Below, one piece after another: positions 10,711-20,655 of a DNA stretch of 64,000 nucleotides (its first letter is position 1; every line of letters begins with the position of its first letter). The stretch lies in the NCBI RefSeq assembly GCF_013122565.1, contig NZ_CP053258.1, one strand, 5' to 3'. Both the position numbers and the translations under genes were made by a program. This DNA comes from Escherichia coli. Its GTDB lineage: Bacteria; Pseudomonadota; Gammaproteobacteria; Enterobacterales; Enterobacteriaceae. Below the pieces are notes generated by a model that was not told the DNA's origin, searched no databases, and worked only from the letters and a program-made list of their open reading frames with translations.

Positions 10711-12789
10711 TTAAATCAATGCCGATTTATCAATTCCAAGCCGCTTCATCCGTGACAGCAGGGTCGTGCGTTTCAGCCCCAGACGTTGCGCAGCGCCTTT
10801 AGGCCCGGCAACCACGCCATTAGTTTCTTTCAGCACGCGCACAATCAACTGATATTCATCTTCGCCCTCCTGAGCGACAACCGTTGCGGCAGGCGGCGTT
10901 TCAGGTTCCGGTAAAGCAATATCTGGCAATGACAGCTGCAGCACGTTACCGCGTGTTAGCAATACCGCGCGCTCAATGACGTTTTCCAGTTCGCGTACGT
11001 TACCCGGCCACTCCATGTTGCTCAAGGTGCGCAGCGTCTCGGCAGGAATGCTGTCGATATTGCGCCCCAGACGACGGGCAATTTTGAAGGTAAAGGCTTT
11101 CGCCAGCAGAGGAATATCTTCCGGACGCTCGCGTAGTGGCGGCAGGTGAATCGGGAATACGTTCAGGCGGTAATAGAGATCGCTACGGAACTCACGGTCG
11201 GCGACCATTTTTTTCAGATCGCGGTTAGTCGCGGCGATTAGACGCACGTCCGTCTGAATGATTTTGTTGCTGCCGAGACGTTCAAACTCCTGTTCCTGTA
11301 ATACACGCAGCAACTTCGGCTGTAACTCCAGTGGCATATCGCCCACTTCGTCGAGGAACAGGGAGCTTTTATCCGCCAGTTCAAAACGACCAATGCGCTG
11401 GGCGCTGGCACCGGTAAAAGCTCCGCGTTCATGACCAAACAGATCGCTTTCCAGCAATCCGGCAGGCATTGCCGCGCAGTTCATTTTGACCATGCGGCGA
11501 GTATTACGTCCACTGAGATTATGGATAGCGCGGGCAATCAGCTCTTTACCCGTGCCAGTTTCACCGAGGATCAGCACGGTACTGTCACTTTGCGCCACCA
11601 TTTCAACTTGTTTAAGCACGCTGTACATGGCTTCGCTGCGGCCAATAATCTCGCCAAATTCACTATCAACATTGTTGAGCTGCTCGGTCAGGGCGAGGTT
11701 TTCATCAACCAGCCGTTCTTTCAGACGATGGATTTCCTGATAGGCGAGGGCGTTATCGACAGCGATTGCCACACGTTCGGCAATCTGGCGCAGTAAATTC
11801 AGATTGGTAGTGGTAAATACTTTCTCTTCGCATTGCGCCAGTTTCAGCACGCCCAGCATGGTGTCGCCAGACATCAGCGGTAACAGGCACAAGGTTTGAA
11901 TCTGGTTGCCCCAGGTGTCGAACAACATACGTTCATAGGGGGCTAAATCGTCCCGCTCGTGGAGATTGATCAGCAGCATCTCTTTACTTTTGAACACGCG
12001 TTCGGTGAGGGTTCCGGCTTCATCGACTTCACTCTGTTCGTGGGCGGGATGCTGTTTATCAAGATAGTGAGTGGAGTAGATGTTGAGTTTGTTTTTACGG
12101 TGGCTGCGTAAGACGATACTGATATCGTCAATATCGAAATAGTAATGGATTTCTTTGGCGACTTCGCTGACCAGTTCGTCCATATCCAGGCGGGAAAGCA
12201 CCGCGTTGGTGATGGCGACCAGGATGCGGAAGTTATCGCGTTCCCGGCATAACAACTCATAGTCAACATTGTTAACGACGCGACTCTGGATTTGTTCGGT
12301 GACGACAGAAACGATCTGCGTAAATGTTTGCAGACGATTGAACTCTTTTTCGCTCCAGGGGCGATCGTCATAACGAATAAATTCACAGCCACCAAAAATA
12401 TGCCCTTCTGCCGCCAGTGGCATCAGGCAATAGTGACCAAATTTTGGGTATAGCCCACCTGCGGCCAGCTGCGGCCAGGTTTCACAAAATTCTTCGTAAC
12501 TGCAATGCAGCGTATCAGGGCGCGACAAAATGCTGCGTACCGGACCGTGTGCCAGAACAGTTTCGTCTTCATATTTAATGGGGGTGTCTTTTTCACGCGA
12601 CGCGTAATAAGACGCACGTTGAGTCTGCGCTTGCCACAACACGATAGCCGCGTTGTCGGCGAGCGCAGAACGCTTTACCAGTTGCGAAAGAGCCTCACAC
12701 AGCGAGGCCAGATCGGGCTGCTGCAATAGTGTCCGAGTGATGTCGAACAACCCTTGCTGTCCGAGATCACTCATCGGTGTATATGACAT
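10711..12789 (-). CDS. fhlA: Formate hydrogenlyase transcriptional activator FhlA (sigma-54 enhancer-binding protein); start at MSYTPMSDLG
   Basis: GAF plus AAA+ sigma-54 activator domain ([14 protein letters not shown]) plus C-terminal HTH; ORF track begins 12 codons upstream. Confidence 0.93.
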   Translation of the reverse strand: MSYTPMSDLGQQGLFDITRTLLQQPDLASLCEALSQLVKRSALADNAAIVLWQAQTQRASYYASREKDTPIKYEDETVLAHGPVRSILSRPDTLHCSYEEFCETWPQLAAGGLYPKFGHYCLMPLAAEGHIFGGCEFIRYDDRPWSEKEFNRLQTFTQIVSVVTEQIQSRVVNNVDYELLCRERDNFRILVAITNAVLSRLDMDELVSEVAKEIHYYFDIDDISIVLRSHRKNKLNIYSTHYLDKQHPAHEQSEVDEAGTLTERVFKSKEMLLINLHERDDLAPYERMLFDTWGNQIQTLCLLPLMSGDTMLGVLKLAQCEEKVFTTTNLNLLRQIAERVAIAVDNALAYQEIHRLKERLVDENLALTEQLNNVDSEFGEIIGRSEAMYSVLKQVEMVAQSDSTVLILGETGTGKELIARAIHNLSGRNTRRMVKMNCAAMPAGLLESDLFGHERGAFTGASAQRIGRFELADKSSLFLDEVGDMPLELQPKLLRVLQEQEFERLGSNKIIQTDVRLIAATNRDLKKMVADREFRSDLYYRLNVFPIHLPPLRERPEDIPLLAKAFTFKIARRLGRNIDSIPAETLRTLSNMEWPGNVRELENVIERAVLLTRGNVLQLSLPDIALPEPETPPAATVVAQEGEDEYQLIVRVLKETNGVVAGPKGAAQRLGLKRTTLLSRMKRLGIDKSALI

Positions 12790-12862
12790 TTTGTTCTTCC
12801 AGGAAAGCACCGCAAAGCGGTGCAAAAGGTCATTGACTAACTATAGGAGATTTAGAATTTTA

Positions 12863-13873
12863 TTAGCATATACGCGGAAGCGGTTCGGCGTGTGGTAAAT
12901 CGAGGGTTCGTTTCACGCCATACAGACCGGCAAGACGAACACCTTTACGTTCCACCACTTCACCAATCAGCGCCGCGTCTTTCCCCAGTGGATGGGAATG
13001 TAACGCTGCCAAAACTTGCTCTGCCGCGTTGCGTTCAACGGCGATCACCAGTTTGCCTTCATTGGCAAAGTTAAGGGCGTCCAGTCCCAGTAGTTCGCAA
13101 ACGCCGCGCACAGCAGGTTTAACCGGCAGTGCCGCTTCTGAAAGTTCAATACCGCAACCGCAGGCTGCCGCGAACTCATGAACCACCGCGTTTACACCAC
13201 CACGGGTGGCATCACGCAGCGCTTTCACGCCGGGAATGTCACGCAGCGTCTGAATAAGCGGCGTCAGCACCGCGCAGTCGCTGACCAGTTCGCCATCCAG
13301 CCCCAGTTGCTCACGCAGGTTAAGGATAGTCGCCCCGTGGTCGCCGAGTGTACCGCTCACCAGCAACACATCGCCTGCACTTAACGTTTGTGCGCCCCAG
13401 TGAATATTCGCCGGAATTGCGCCCATGCCAGCGGTGTTGATAAACAGTTTATCTGCCGCGCCGCGCTGCACCACTTTAGTATCGCCAGTAACGATGGCAA
13501 TGCCTGCCGTGCGGGCGGTTTCTGCCATGCTGGTCACTACGGCTTTCAGTGTCTCCATCGGCAATCCTTCTTCGAGGATAAAGCCACAGGAGAGATAGCG
13601 CGGAATAGCGCCACTGACCGCAACGTCATTGGCGGTGCCGCAAATCGCCAGCTTGCCGATATTACCGCCAGGGAAGAACAGCGGGTCAATAACGTAACTG
13701 TCGGTGGAGAACGCCAGACGGTCGCCTTCCGCTACCAGTTGCGCCAGATCAAGACGTGCCTGATCTTCCTGCTCTGCCAGCCACGGGTTGGTAAAGGCTT
13801 CCATAAACAGGCTGTTGATTAATTGCTGCATCGCCTGGCCGCCGCTGCCGTGGGCGAGTTGGATATTATTCAC
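12863..13873 (-). CDS. hypE: Hydrogenase maturation protein HypE
   Basis: 336-aa ORF, PurM-like fold, C-terminal PRIC; hyp operon synteny. Confidence 0.93.
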   Translation of the reverse strand: MNNIQLAHGSGGQAMQQLINSLFMEAFTNPWLAEQEDQARLDLAQLVAEGDRLAFSTDSYVIDPLFFPGGNIGKLAICGTANDVAVSGAIPRYLSCGFILEEGLPMETLKAVVTSMAETARTAGIAIVTGDTKVVQRGAADKLFINTAGMGAIPANIHWGAQTLSAGDVLLVSGTLGDHGATILNLREQLGLDGELVSDCAVLTPLIQTLRDIPGVKALRDATRGGVNAVVHEFAAACGCGIELSEAALPVKPAVRGVCELLGLDALNFANEGKLVIAVERNAAEQVLAALHSHPLGKDAALIGEVVERKGVRLAGLYGVKRTLDLPHAEPLPRIC

Positions 13874-14991
13874 GCTTCACTCTCCTGCTGACGATACTGA
13901 TACCACGCGGCGCACGCTCCTTCGGAGGAAACCATCAGCGCACCAAACGCGGTTTGAGGATTACAGGTGTTACCAAACAGCGGGCATTGATGCGGCTTAC
14001 ATTTGCCCGTCAAGACTTCGCCACAACGCGCGCGCGGGTCATCGCAGACCTGCTGCGGTGCCGGGCGGAAATGTGCTTCGGCATCGAATCGTTGATAATC
14101 CGGCGTCAGGTGCACGCCAGAAGATTCAATCACGCCTAAGCCGCGCCATTCGCTGTCGCCGTTGACACAGAACACATCGGCAATCGCCTGTTGCGCCAGC
14201 AGGTTACCGGCATCCGGTACCACCCGACGATACTGATTCTCTACCTTGCTGTGGGCCGCTATTTTCTGCTCCACCAGCATCACCACGCCTTGCAGTAGAT
14301 CAAGGGGTTCGAAACCAGCGACCACCAGCGGACGATGAAAATCGCTGGCGATAAAATTATAGGCATCAGTGCCGATAACCATACTAACGTGGCCCGGCGC
14401 GAGGAACGCGTCGATACCGTTATCCGGCTGTTCCAGCAAACTGCGCAGCGTCGGGATAAGCGTAATATGCTGGCAGAAGAAGTAAAAATTCTGCACATCG
14501 CGGGCTTTCGCCTGTTGCAGGGTGATGGCGGTGGTCGGCATGGTGGTTTCAAAACCTAAGCCGAAGAACACCACTTTGCGGGTTGGATTCTCCTGCGCCA
14601 GTTTCAACGCATCCATCGGCGAGTAAACGATGCGCACATCGGCACCGCGTGCTTTTGCCTGCAACAGCGATCCCTGTTTCCCCGGCACGCGCATGGCGTC
14701 GCCAAAGGTACAGAAGATGACTTCCGGATGGCTGGCAATCTCCACGCAGGTGTCGATTCTGCCCATCGGCAGTACGCACACCGGGCAACCCGGACCGTGG
14801 ATAAACTCAACGTTTTCAGGCAGTAACTGGTCGAGGCCGAATTTAAAAATGGCGTGGGTATGACCGCCGCACACTTCCATAATCCGCAGAGGGCGTTCGG
14901 CGGTGTAAGAGAGATGTGAAGCACGTTCGCGCAGATGCTCAATTAACTGCATCACCTGTTCCGGCGCGCGATATTCATCAACAAAACGCAT
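13870..14991 (-). CDS. hypD: Hydrogenase maturation protein HypD
   Basis: 373-aa ORF with conserved Cys motifs (GPGCPVC); overlaps hypE. Confidence 0.93.
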   Translation of the reverse strand: MRFVDEYRAPEQVMQLIEHLRERASHLSYTAERPLRIMEVCGGHTHAIFKFGLDQLLPENVEFIHGPGCPVCVLPMGRIDTCVEIASHPEVIFCTFGDAMRVPGKQGSLLQAKARGADVRIVYSPMDALKLAQENPTRKVVFFGLGFETTMPTTAITLQQAKARDVQNFYFFCQHITLIPTLRSLLEQPDNGIDAFLAPGHVSMVIGTDAYNFIASDFHRPLVVAGFEPLDLLQGVVMLVEQKIAAHSKVENQYRRVVPDAGNLLAQQAIADVFCVNGDSEWRGLGVIESSGVHLTPDYQRFDAEAHFRPAPQQVCDDPRARCGEVLTGKCKPHQCPLFGNTCNPQTAFGALMVSSEGACAAWYQYRQQESEA

Positions 14992-15263
14992 TATTTTTCC
15001 TCGCCATACAACAGCGCGCCGACATCCGGCTCAACGTCAAACATGTTTTGTAAGGCGTCGAGAGTGTCGCGTGCTTCGGCTTCATTAATTACGCTCATGG
15101 CAAAGCCAACGTGAACCAGTACCCACTGGCCCACGCGCGGCTGACCGTTTTCATCGCAGCTGCCGACTAACGTTAAATCGACATCGCGCTGAATGCCGCA
15201 GACGTCGACTTTTGCCTGGTTGCCGTCAATGGTGCGGATCTGGCCGGGAACGCCTATGCACAT
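14991..15263 (-). CDS. hypC: Hydrogenase maturation chaperone HypC (90 aa, start MCIGVPG)
   Basis: N-terminal MC(I/L)G(V/I)P signature; start adjusted from the ORF track. Confidence 0.9.
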   Translation of the reverse strand: MCIGVPGQIRTIDGNQAKVDVCGIQRDVDLTLVGSCDENGQPRVGQWVLVHVGFAMSVINEAEARDTLDALQNMFDVEPDVGALLYGEEK

Positions 15264-16126
15264 CGCTGTGTCTCCAGCCAGTTCAGCCACTGGTCCATCC
15301 CTTCGCCGCTGGTGGCGGAAATAAGGATGATTTCAATTTCTGGATTGACTTCGCGGGCGCAGGCGATGCACTTCTCAACGTCAAAGTTGAGATACGGCAA
15401 AAGGTCAACTTTGTTGAGCAGCATCAGCGAGGCGGCGGCAAACATATGCGGATATTTCAGCGGTTTGTCTTCACCTTCGGTAACGGAAAGCACCGCTACT
15501 TTGTGTTTTTCACCGAGATCGAAGCTGGCCGGGCATACGAGGTTGCCAACGTTTTCGATAAACAGAATACCGTTATCGTCCAGTGGCAGACGCGGTGCGG
15601 CGTCGGCAATCATCTGTGCGTCAAGATGGCAGCCTTTACCGGTGTTCACCTGAATCGCTGGTGTACCGGTAGCGCGAATGCGTGCGGCATCGTTCACGGT
15701 TTGCTGGTCGCCTTCAATAACTGCGCACGGAACGCTGTCTTTCAGGCGCATTAAGGTTTCCGTCAGCAGGGTGGTTTTACCGGAACCAGGGCTGGAAACC
15801 AGGTTGAGCACCAGTTGCTTGCGGGCAGCAAAGCGCGCGCGGTTGCGTTCAGCCAGACGGTTATTTTTGTCCAGCACGTCAATTTCGACTTCCAGCATCC
15901 GACGCTGGCTCATGCCCGGCGCGTGAGTGCCCGCTTCGCCATGACCGTAATGCAGGTCGCCTTCTTCAGTCTGGCTGGGGGTAAATTCAGGCGCTTTAAT
16001 ACCGGTGATTTTCATCTTCGGGCGTGCCGCCGGGGCAAATGGCGCGCTACGAAACGCGGAATGAGGGTTATGTTCATCACCCTCGATATACAGGTTGCCT
16101 TCACCGCAACCGCATGTTGTACACAT
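15254..16126 (-). CDS. hypB: Hydrogenase nickel-incorporation GTPase HypB
   Basis: 290-aa ORF with His-rich N-terminus and GTPase P-loop (GSGKTT). Confidence 0.93.
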   Translation of the reverse strand: MCTTCGCGEGNLYIEGDEHNPHSAFRSAPFAPAARPKMKITGIKAPEFTPSQTEEGDLHYGHGEAGTHAPGMSQRRMLEVEIDVLDKNNRLAERNRARFAARKQLVLNLVSSPGSGKTTLLTETLMRLKDSVPCAVIEGDQQTVNDAARIRATGTPAIQVNTGKGCHLDAQMIADAAPRLPLDDNGILFIENVGNLVCPASFDLGEKHKVAVLSVTEGEDKPLKYPHMFAAASLMLLNKVDLLPYLNFDVEKCIACAREVNPEIEIILISATSGEGMDQWLNWLETQRCA

Positions 16127-16129
16127 CGC

Positions 16130-16480
16130 TCACTCCTGGTCTATTTCTATCCGCCGAATCTGTAAACCGTCGTCTGCCACAATCTGTAGCATGTCACCAT
16201 GACACTGTGGACAGCGGCGGACGCGCTGGGTCAGTAGCGTCACATACTGTTGGCATGTTTCACACCAGCATTCGGCCTCTTGTTCTTCGAGGTGCAGTTT
16301 ACAACCTTCCGCCACGCTGCCGCGGCAAACCAGATCAAAACAAAAGGCAAGAGAGCTGGTTTCGACACAAGAAAATGCGCCAATTTTGAGCCAGACCCCA
16401 GTTACGCGTTTTGCGCCGTGTTTTGCGGCCTGCTGTTCGATCAATTCCAGTGCCCGTTGGCAGAGGGTTATTTCGTGCAT
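16130..16480 (-). CDS. hypA: Hydrogenase nickel-insertion protein HypA (start MHEITLCQ)
   Basis: 116-aa ORF with zinc-finger CxxC pairs; first gene of the hyp operon. Confidence 0.9.
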   Translation of the reverse strand: MHEITLCQRALELIEQQAAKHGAKRVTGVWLKIGAFSCVETSSLAFCFDLVCRGSVAEGCKLHLEEQEAECWCETCQQYVTLLTQRVRRCPQCHGDMLQIVADDGLQIRRIEIDQE

Positions 16481-16511
16481 ATCGCCTCCCATTAACTATT
16501 GCCAGCTACAA

Positions 16512-16526
16512 GCAATAATTGTGCCA
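16512..16526 (-). promoter_or_regulatory. Sigma-54 promoter for the hyp operon (TGGCAC-N5-TTGC on the minus strand)
   Basis: Plus-strand GCAATAATTGTGCCA is the reverse complement of TGGCACAATTATTGC; FhlA-dependent context. Confidence 0.6.
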
Positions 16527-16639
16527 GTGTTGATTATCCCTGCGGTGAATAATGTCGATGATGTCGAAATGACACGTCGACACGGCGACGAAATTCATCT
16601 TTAGCTTAAAAATCTCTTTAATAACAATAAATTGAAAGT

Positions 16640-16654
16640 TGGCACAAAAAATGC
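16640..16654 (+). promoter_or_regulatory. Sigma-54 promoter for the hyc operon (TGGCACAAAAAATGC; GG-N10-GC)
   Basis: -24/-12 elements read in sequence about 40 bp upstream of hycA. Confidence 0.6.
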
Positions 16655-16691
16655 TTAAAGCAGGCATCTCTGTTAAACGGGTAACCTGACA

Positions 16692-17153
16692 ATGACTATT
16701 TGGGAAATAAGCGAGAAAGCCGATTACATCGCACAGCGGCATCGTCGCCTACAGGACCAGTGGCACATCTACTGCAATTCGCTGGTTCAGGGGATCACGT
16801 TATCGAAAGCGCGCCTGCATCACGCCATGAGCTGCGCGCCGGACAAAGAACTCTGTTTCGTCCTTTTTGAACATTTTCGTATTTACGTCACCCTGGCGGA
16901 TGGCTTTAACAGCCACACCATCGAGTATTACGTCGAAACAAAAGATGGCGAAGACAAACAGCGGATTGCGCAGGCGCAACTGAGCATTGACGGCATGATT
17001 GATGGCAAGGTCAACATCCGCGATCGCGAACAGGTTCTGGAACACTATCTCGAAAAAATCGCTGGCGTTTACGACAGCTTATACACCGCTATTGAAAACA
17101 ATGTGCCGGTGAATTTAAGCCAACTGGTAAAGGGACAAAGCCCGGCAGCATGA
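16692..17153 (+). CDS. hycA: Formate hydrogenlyase regulatory protein HycA
   Basis: 153-aa ORF; first gene of the hyc operon divergent from hypA. Confidence 0.9.
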   Translation: MTIWEISEKADYIAQRHRRLQDQWHIYCNSLVQGITLSKARLHHAMSCAPDKELCFVLFEHFRIYVTLADGFNSHTIEYYVETKDGEDKQRIAQAQLSIDGMIDGKVNIRDREQVLEHYLEKIAGVYDSLYTAIENNVPVNLSQLVKGQSPAA

Positions 17154-17277
17154 GCTGAGGCTTTGCCCGTTTTGCAGGCGTTACGCCTGTTTGGGGATGG
17201 GCGTGTCGATGAGTGTCGAAAATGACATTTCATCAGCATGTTTTCGTCAAAAATGACAATCACCTGAGGAATGCCTG

Positions 17278-17889
17278 GTGAATCGTTTTGTAATTGCTGA
17301 CTCCACGCTCTGTATCGGCTGCCACACTTGTGAGGCCGCCTGTTCAGAGACGCATCGCCAGCACGGCCTGCAATCAATGCCGCGCCTGAGAGTGATGCTA
17401 AATGAAAAAGAATCTGCGCCGCAGCTCTGTCACCACTGTGAAGATGCACCCTGCGCAGTGGTCTGCCCGGTTAACGCCATCACCCGCGTTGATGGGGCCG
17501 TGCAGTTGAATGAAAGTCTGTGCGTAAGCTGCAAACTGTGCGGCATCGCCTGCCCGTTTGGCGCAATCGAATTTTCCGGCAGCCGTCCGCTGGATATTCC
17601 GGCAAACGCCAATACCCCAAAAGCGCCACCGGCACCGCCTGCTCCGGCGCGTGTCAGCACATTGCTTGACTGGGTGCCAGGTATTCGCGCGATCGCCGTC
17701 AAATGTGACCTTTGTAGCTTTGATGAACAAGGTCCGGCCTGCGTGCGGATGTGCCCGACCAAAGCCCTGCATCTGGTGGATAACACCGATATCGCCCGCG
17801 TCAGCAAACGTAAGCGTGAGCTGACCTTTAACACGGACTTTGGCGATCTCACCTTGTTTCAGCAGGCTCAAAGTGGAGAGGCTAAATGA
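17278..17889 (+). CDS. hycB: Formate hydrogenlyase subunit 2, 4Fe-4S ferredoxin HycB
   Basis: 203-aa ORF with multiple CxxCxxCxxxCP motifs. Confidence 0.93.
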   Translation: MNRFVIADSTLCIGCHTCEAACSETHRQHGLQSMPRLRVMLNEKESAPQLCHHCEDAPCAVVCPVNAITRVDGAVQLNESLCVSCKLCGIACPFGAIEFSGSRPLDIPANANTPKAPPAPPAPARVSTLLDWVPGIRAIAVKCDLCSFDEQGPACVRMCPTKALHLVDNTDIARVSKRKRELTFNTDFGDLTLFQQAQSGEAK

Positions 17890-19712
17890 GCGCAATTTCC
17901 CTGATCAATAGCGGCGTGGCGTGGTTTGTCGCCGCCGCTGTTCTGGCATTTCTCTTTTCTTTTCAAAAAGCGCTAAGTGGCTGGATAGCCGGAATTGGCG
18001 GCGCGGTTGGTAGTCTGTATACGGCAGCCGCGGGCTTCATTGTACTGACTGGCGCGGTTGGCGTGAGCGGTGCGCTGTCGCTGGTAAGCTACGATGTGCA
18101 AATCTCTCCGCTTAACGCGATTTGGCTGATTACGCTCGGTCTGTGCGGTCTGTTTGTCAGCCTCTACAACATTGACTGGCATCGCCACGCGCAGGTGAAG
18201 TGCAACGGCTTGCAGATCAATATGTTGATGGCTGCCGCCGTCTGCGCAGTCATCGCCAGCAACCTCGGCATGTTCGTGGTAATGGCCGAAGTCATGGCCT
18301 TGTGCGCGGTGTTCCTCACCAACAACAGCAAAGAGGGCAAACTGTGGTTTGCGCTGGGGCGTCTTGGCACTCTGCTGCTGGCGATTGCTTGCTGGCTGCT
18401 GTGGCAGCGTTATGGCACGCTGGATCTGCGCCTGCTGGATATGCGTATGCAACAGCTGCCGCTCGGTTCCGATATCTGGCTGCTCGGTGTGATTGGCTTT
18501 GGCCTGCTGGCCGGGATTATTCCGCTGCACGGCTGGGTGCCGCAGGCACATGCTAACGCCTCTGCGCCAGCTGCCGCGTTGTTTTCTACGGTAGTCATGA
18601 AAATTGGCCTGCTGGGCATTTTAACCCTGTCGCTGCTGGGCGGTAATGCACCGCTGTGGTGGGGGATCGCGCTGCTGGTGCTCGGCATGATCACCGCGTT
18701 CGTCGGTGGTCTGTATGCGTTGATGGAACACAACATCCAGCGCCTGCTGGCTTACCACACCCTGGAAAATATCGGCATTATCCTGCTGGGGCTGGGCGCT
18801 GGCGTAACGGGTATCGCGCTCGAACAACCGGCGCTGATTGCTCTTGGCCTGGTCGGTGGTCTGTACCATCTGCTTAACCATAGCCTGTTCAAAAGCGTAC
18901 TTTTCCTCGGGGCGGGGAGCGTCTGGTTCCGTACCGGTCATCGCGATATCGAAAAACTCGGTGGTATTGGCAAGAAAATGCCGGTTATCTCCATCGCCAT
19001 GTTAGTCGGGCTGATGGCAATGGCTGCGCTGCCGCCGCTGAACGGGTTTGCCGGGGAATGGGTTATCTATCAATCCTTCTTCAAGCTGAGCAATAGTGGC
19101 GCGTTTGTTGCCCGTCTGCTGGGGCCGCTGCTCGCAGTGGGGCTGGCAATTACCGGTGCGCTGGCGGTGATGTGTATGGCGAAAGTCTATGGCGTCACGT
19201 TCCTCGGCGCGCCGCGTACCAAAGAAGCCGAAAACGCCACCTGTGCGCCGCTCCTGATGAGCGTAAGCGTAGTGGCACTGGCGATTTGCTGCGTAATTGG
19301 CGGTGTTGCTGCGCCGTGGCTGCTGCCGATGCTCTCTGCTGCTGTACCTCTGCCGCTGGAGCCTGCTAACACCACCGTTTCTCAACCAATGATCACGTTG
19401 CTGCTGATTGCCTGCCCGCTGCTGCCATTCATCATTATGGCGATTTGCAAAGGCGATCGTTTGCCGTCGCGTTCCCGCGGCGCGGCCTGGGTGTGCGGCT
19501 ACGACCATGAAAAATCAATGGTAATTACCGCCCACGGTTTTGCCATGCCGGTGAAACAGGCGTTTGCGCCGGTGCTGAAACTGCGCAAATGGCTGAATCC
19601 GGTGTCGCTGGTGCCGGGCTGGCAGTGCGAGGGGAGTGCGTTGCTGTTCCGCCGGATGGCGCTGGTTGAACTGGCGGTACTGGTGGTGATTATTGTTTCA
19701 CGAGGAGCCTGA
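17886..19712 (+). CDS. hycC: Formate hydrogenlyase membrane subunit 3 HycC (NuoL/M/N-like antiporter subunit)
   Basis: 608-aa polytopic membrane ORF; operon position. Confidence 0.93.
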   Translation: MSAISLINSGVAWFVAAAVLAFLFSFQKALSGWIAGIGGAVGSLYTAAAGFIVLTGAVGVSGALSLVSYDVQISPLNAIWLITLGLCGLFVSLYNIDWHRHAQVKCNGLQINMLMAAAVCAVIASNLGMFVVMAEVMALCAVFLTNNSKEGKLWFALGRLGTLLLAIACWLLWQRYGTLDLRLLDMRMQQLPLGSDIWLLGVIGFGLLAGIIPLHGWVPQAHANASAPAAALFSTVVMKIGLLGILTLSLLGGNAPLWWGIALLVLGMITAFVGGLYALMEHNIQRLLAYHTLENIGIILLGLGAGVTGIALEQPALIALGLVGGLYHLLNHSLFKSVLFLGAGSVWFRTGHRDIEKLGGIGKKMPVISIAMLVGLMAMAALPPLNGFAGEWVIYQSFFKLSNSGAFVARLLGPLLAVGLAITGALAVMCMAKVYGVTFLGAPRTKEAENATCAPLLMSVSVVALAICCVIGGVAAPWLLPMLSAAVPLPLEPANTTVSQPMITLLLIACPLLPFIIMAICKGDRLPSRSRGAAWVCGYDHEKSMVITAHGFAMPVKQAFAPVLKLRKWLNPVSLVPGWQCEGSALLFRRMALVELAVLVVIIVSRGA

Positions 19713-19714
19713 GA

Positions 19715-20638
19715 ATGAGTGTTTTATATCCGTTAATTCAGGCGCTGGTGTTATTTGCCGTTGCGCCGCTGCTCTCCGGTATAACCCGCGTGGCGCGCGC
19801 CCGCTTGCATAACCGTCGCGGGCCGGGCGTGTTGCAGGAGTATCGCGACATTATCAAACTGCTGGGGCGTCAGAGCGTTGGCCCGGATGCCTCCGGCTGG
19901 GTTTTCCGCCTGACGCCGTATGTGATGGTGGGCGTCATGCTGACTATCGCTACTGCGCTGCCGGTGGTGACCGTTGGTTCTCCGCTGCCGCAGCTGGGTG
20001 ATTTGATCACCTTACTGTATCTCTTTGCCATCGCGCGTTTCTTCTTTGCCATTTCCGGTCTGGATACCGGTAGCCCGTTTACCGCTATCGGCGCGAGCCG
20101 TGAAGCGATGCTTGGCGTGCTGGTCGAACCGATGTTGCTGCTTGGTCTGTGGGTCGCCGCACAGGTTGCCGGTTCCACCAACATCAGCAACATCACCGAC
20201 ACCGTTTATCACTGGCCGCTGAGCCAGAGCATCCCGCTGGTGCTGGCGCTTTGTGCCTGTGCGTTCGCCACTTTTATCGAAATGGGCAAACTGCCGTTCG
20301 ACCTGGCGGAAGCCGAGCAGGAGTTGCAGGAAGGTCCGCTCTCTGAGTATAGCGGCAGCGGCTTTGGCGTCATGAAATGGGGTATCAGCCTGAAACAGCT
20401 GGTGGTGCTGCAGATGTTCGTCGGGGTGTTTATTCCGTGGGGACAAATGGAAACTTTCACCGTCGGTGGGCTGCTGCTGGCGCTGGTGATTGCCATCGTC
20501 AAACTGGTGGTCGGCGTCCTGGTTATCGCGCTGTTCGAAAACAGCATGGCCCGTCTGCGTCTTGATATTACTCCGCGCATTACCTGGGCTGGGTTTGGCT
20601 TTGCATTTTTAGCGTTCGTCTCCTTGCTGGCGGCGTGA
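19715..20638 (+). CDS. hycD: Formate hydrogenlyase membrane subunit 4 HycD (NuoH-like)
   Basis: 307-aa membrane ORF. Confidence 0.93.
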   Translation: MSVLYPLIQALVLFAVAPLLSGITRVARARLHNRRGPGVLQEYRDIIKLLGRQSVGPDASGWVFRLTPYVMVGVMLTIATALPVVTVGSPLPQLGDLITLLYLFAIARFFFAISGLDTGSPFTAIGASREAMLGVLVEPMLLLGLWVAAQVAGSTNISNITDTVYHWPLSQSIPLVLALCACAFATFIEMGKLPFDLAEAEQELQEGPLSEYSGSGFGVMKWGISLKQLVVLQMFVGVFIPWGQMETFTVGGLLLALVIAIVKLVVGVLVIALFENSMARLRLDITPRITWAGFGFAFLAFVSLLAA

Positions 20639-20655
20639 TTAAAGAGAGTTTGAGC

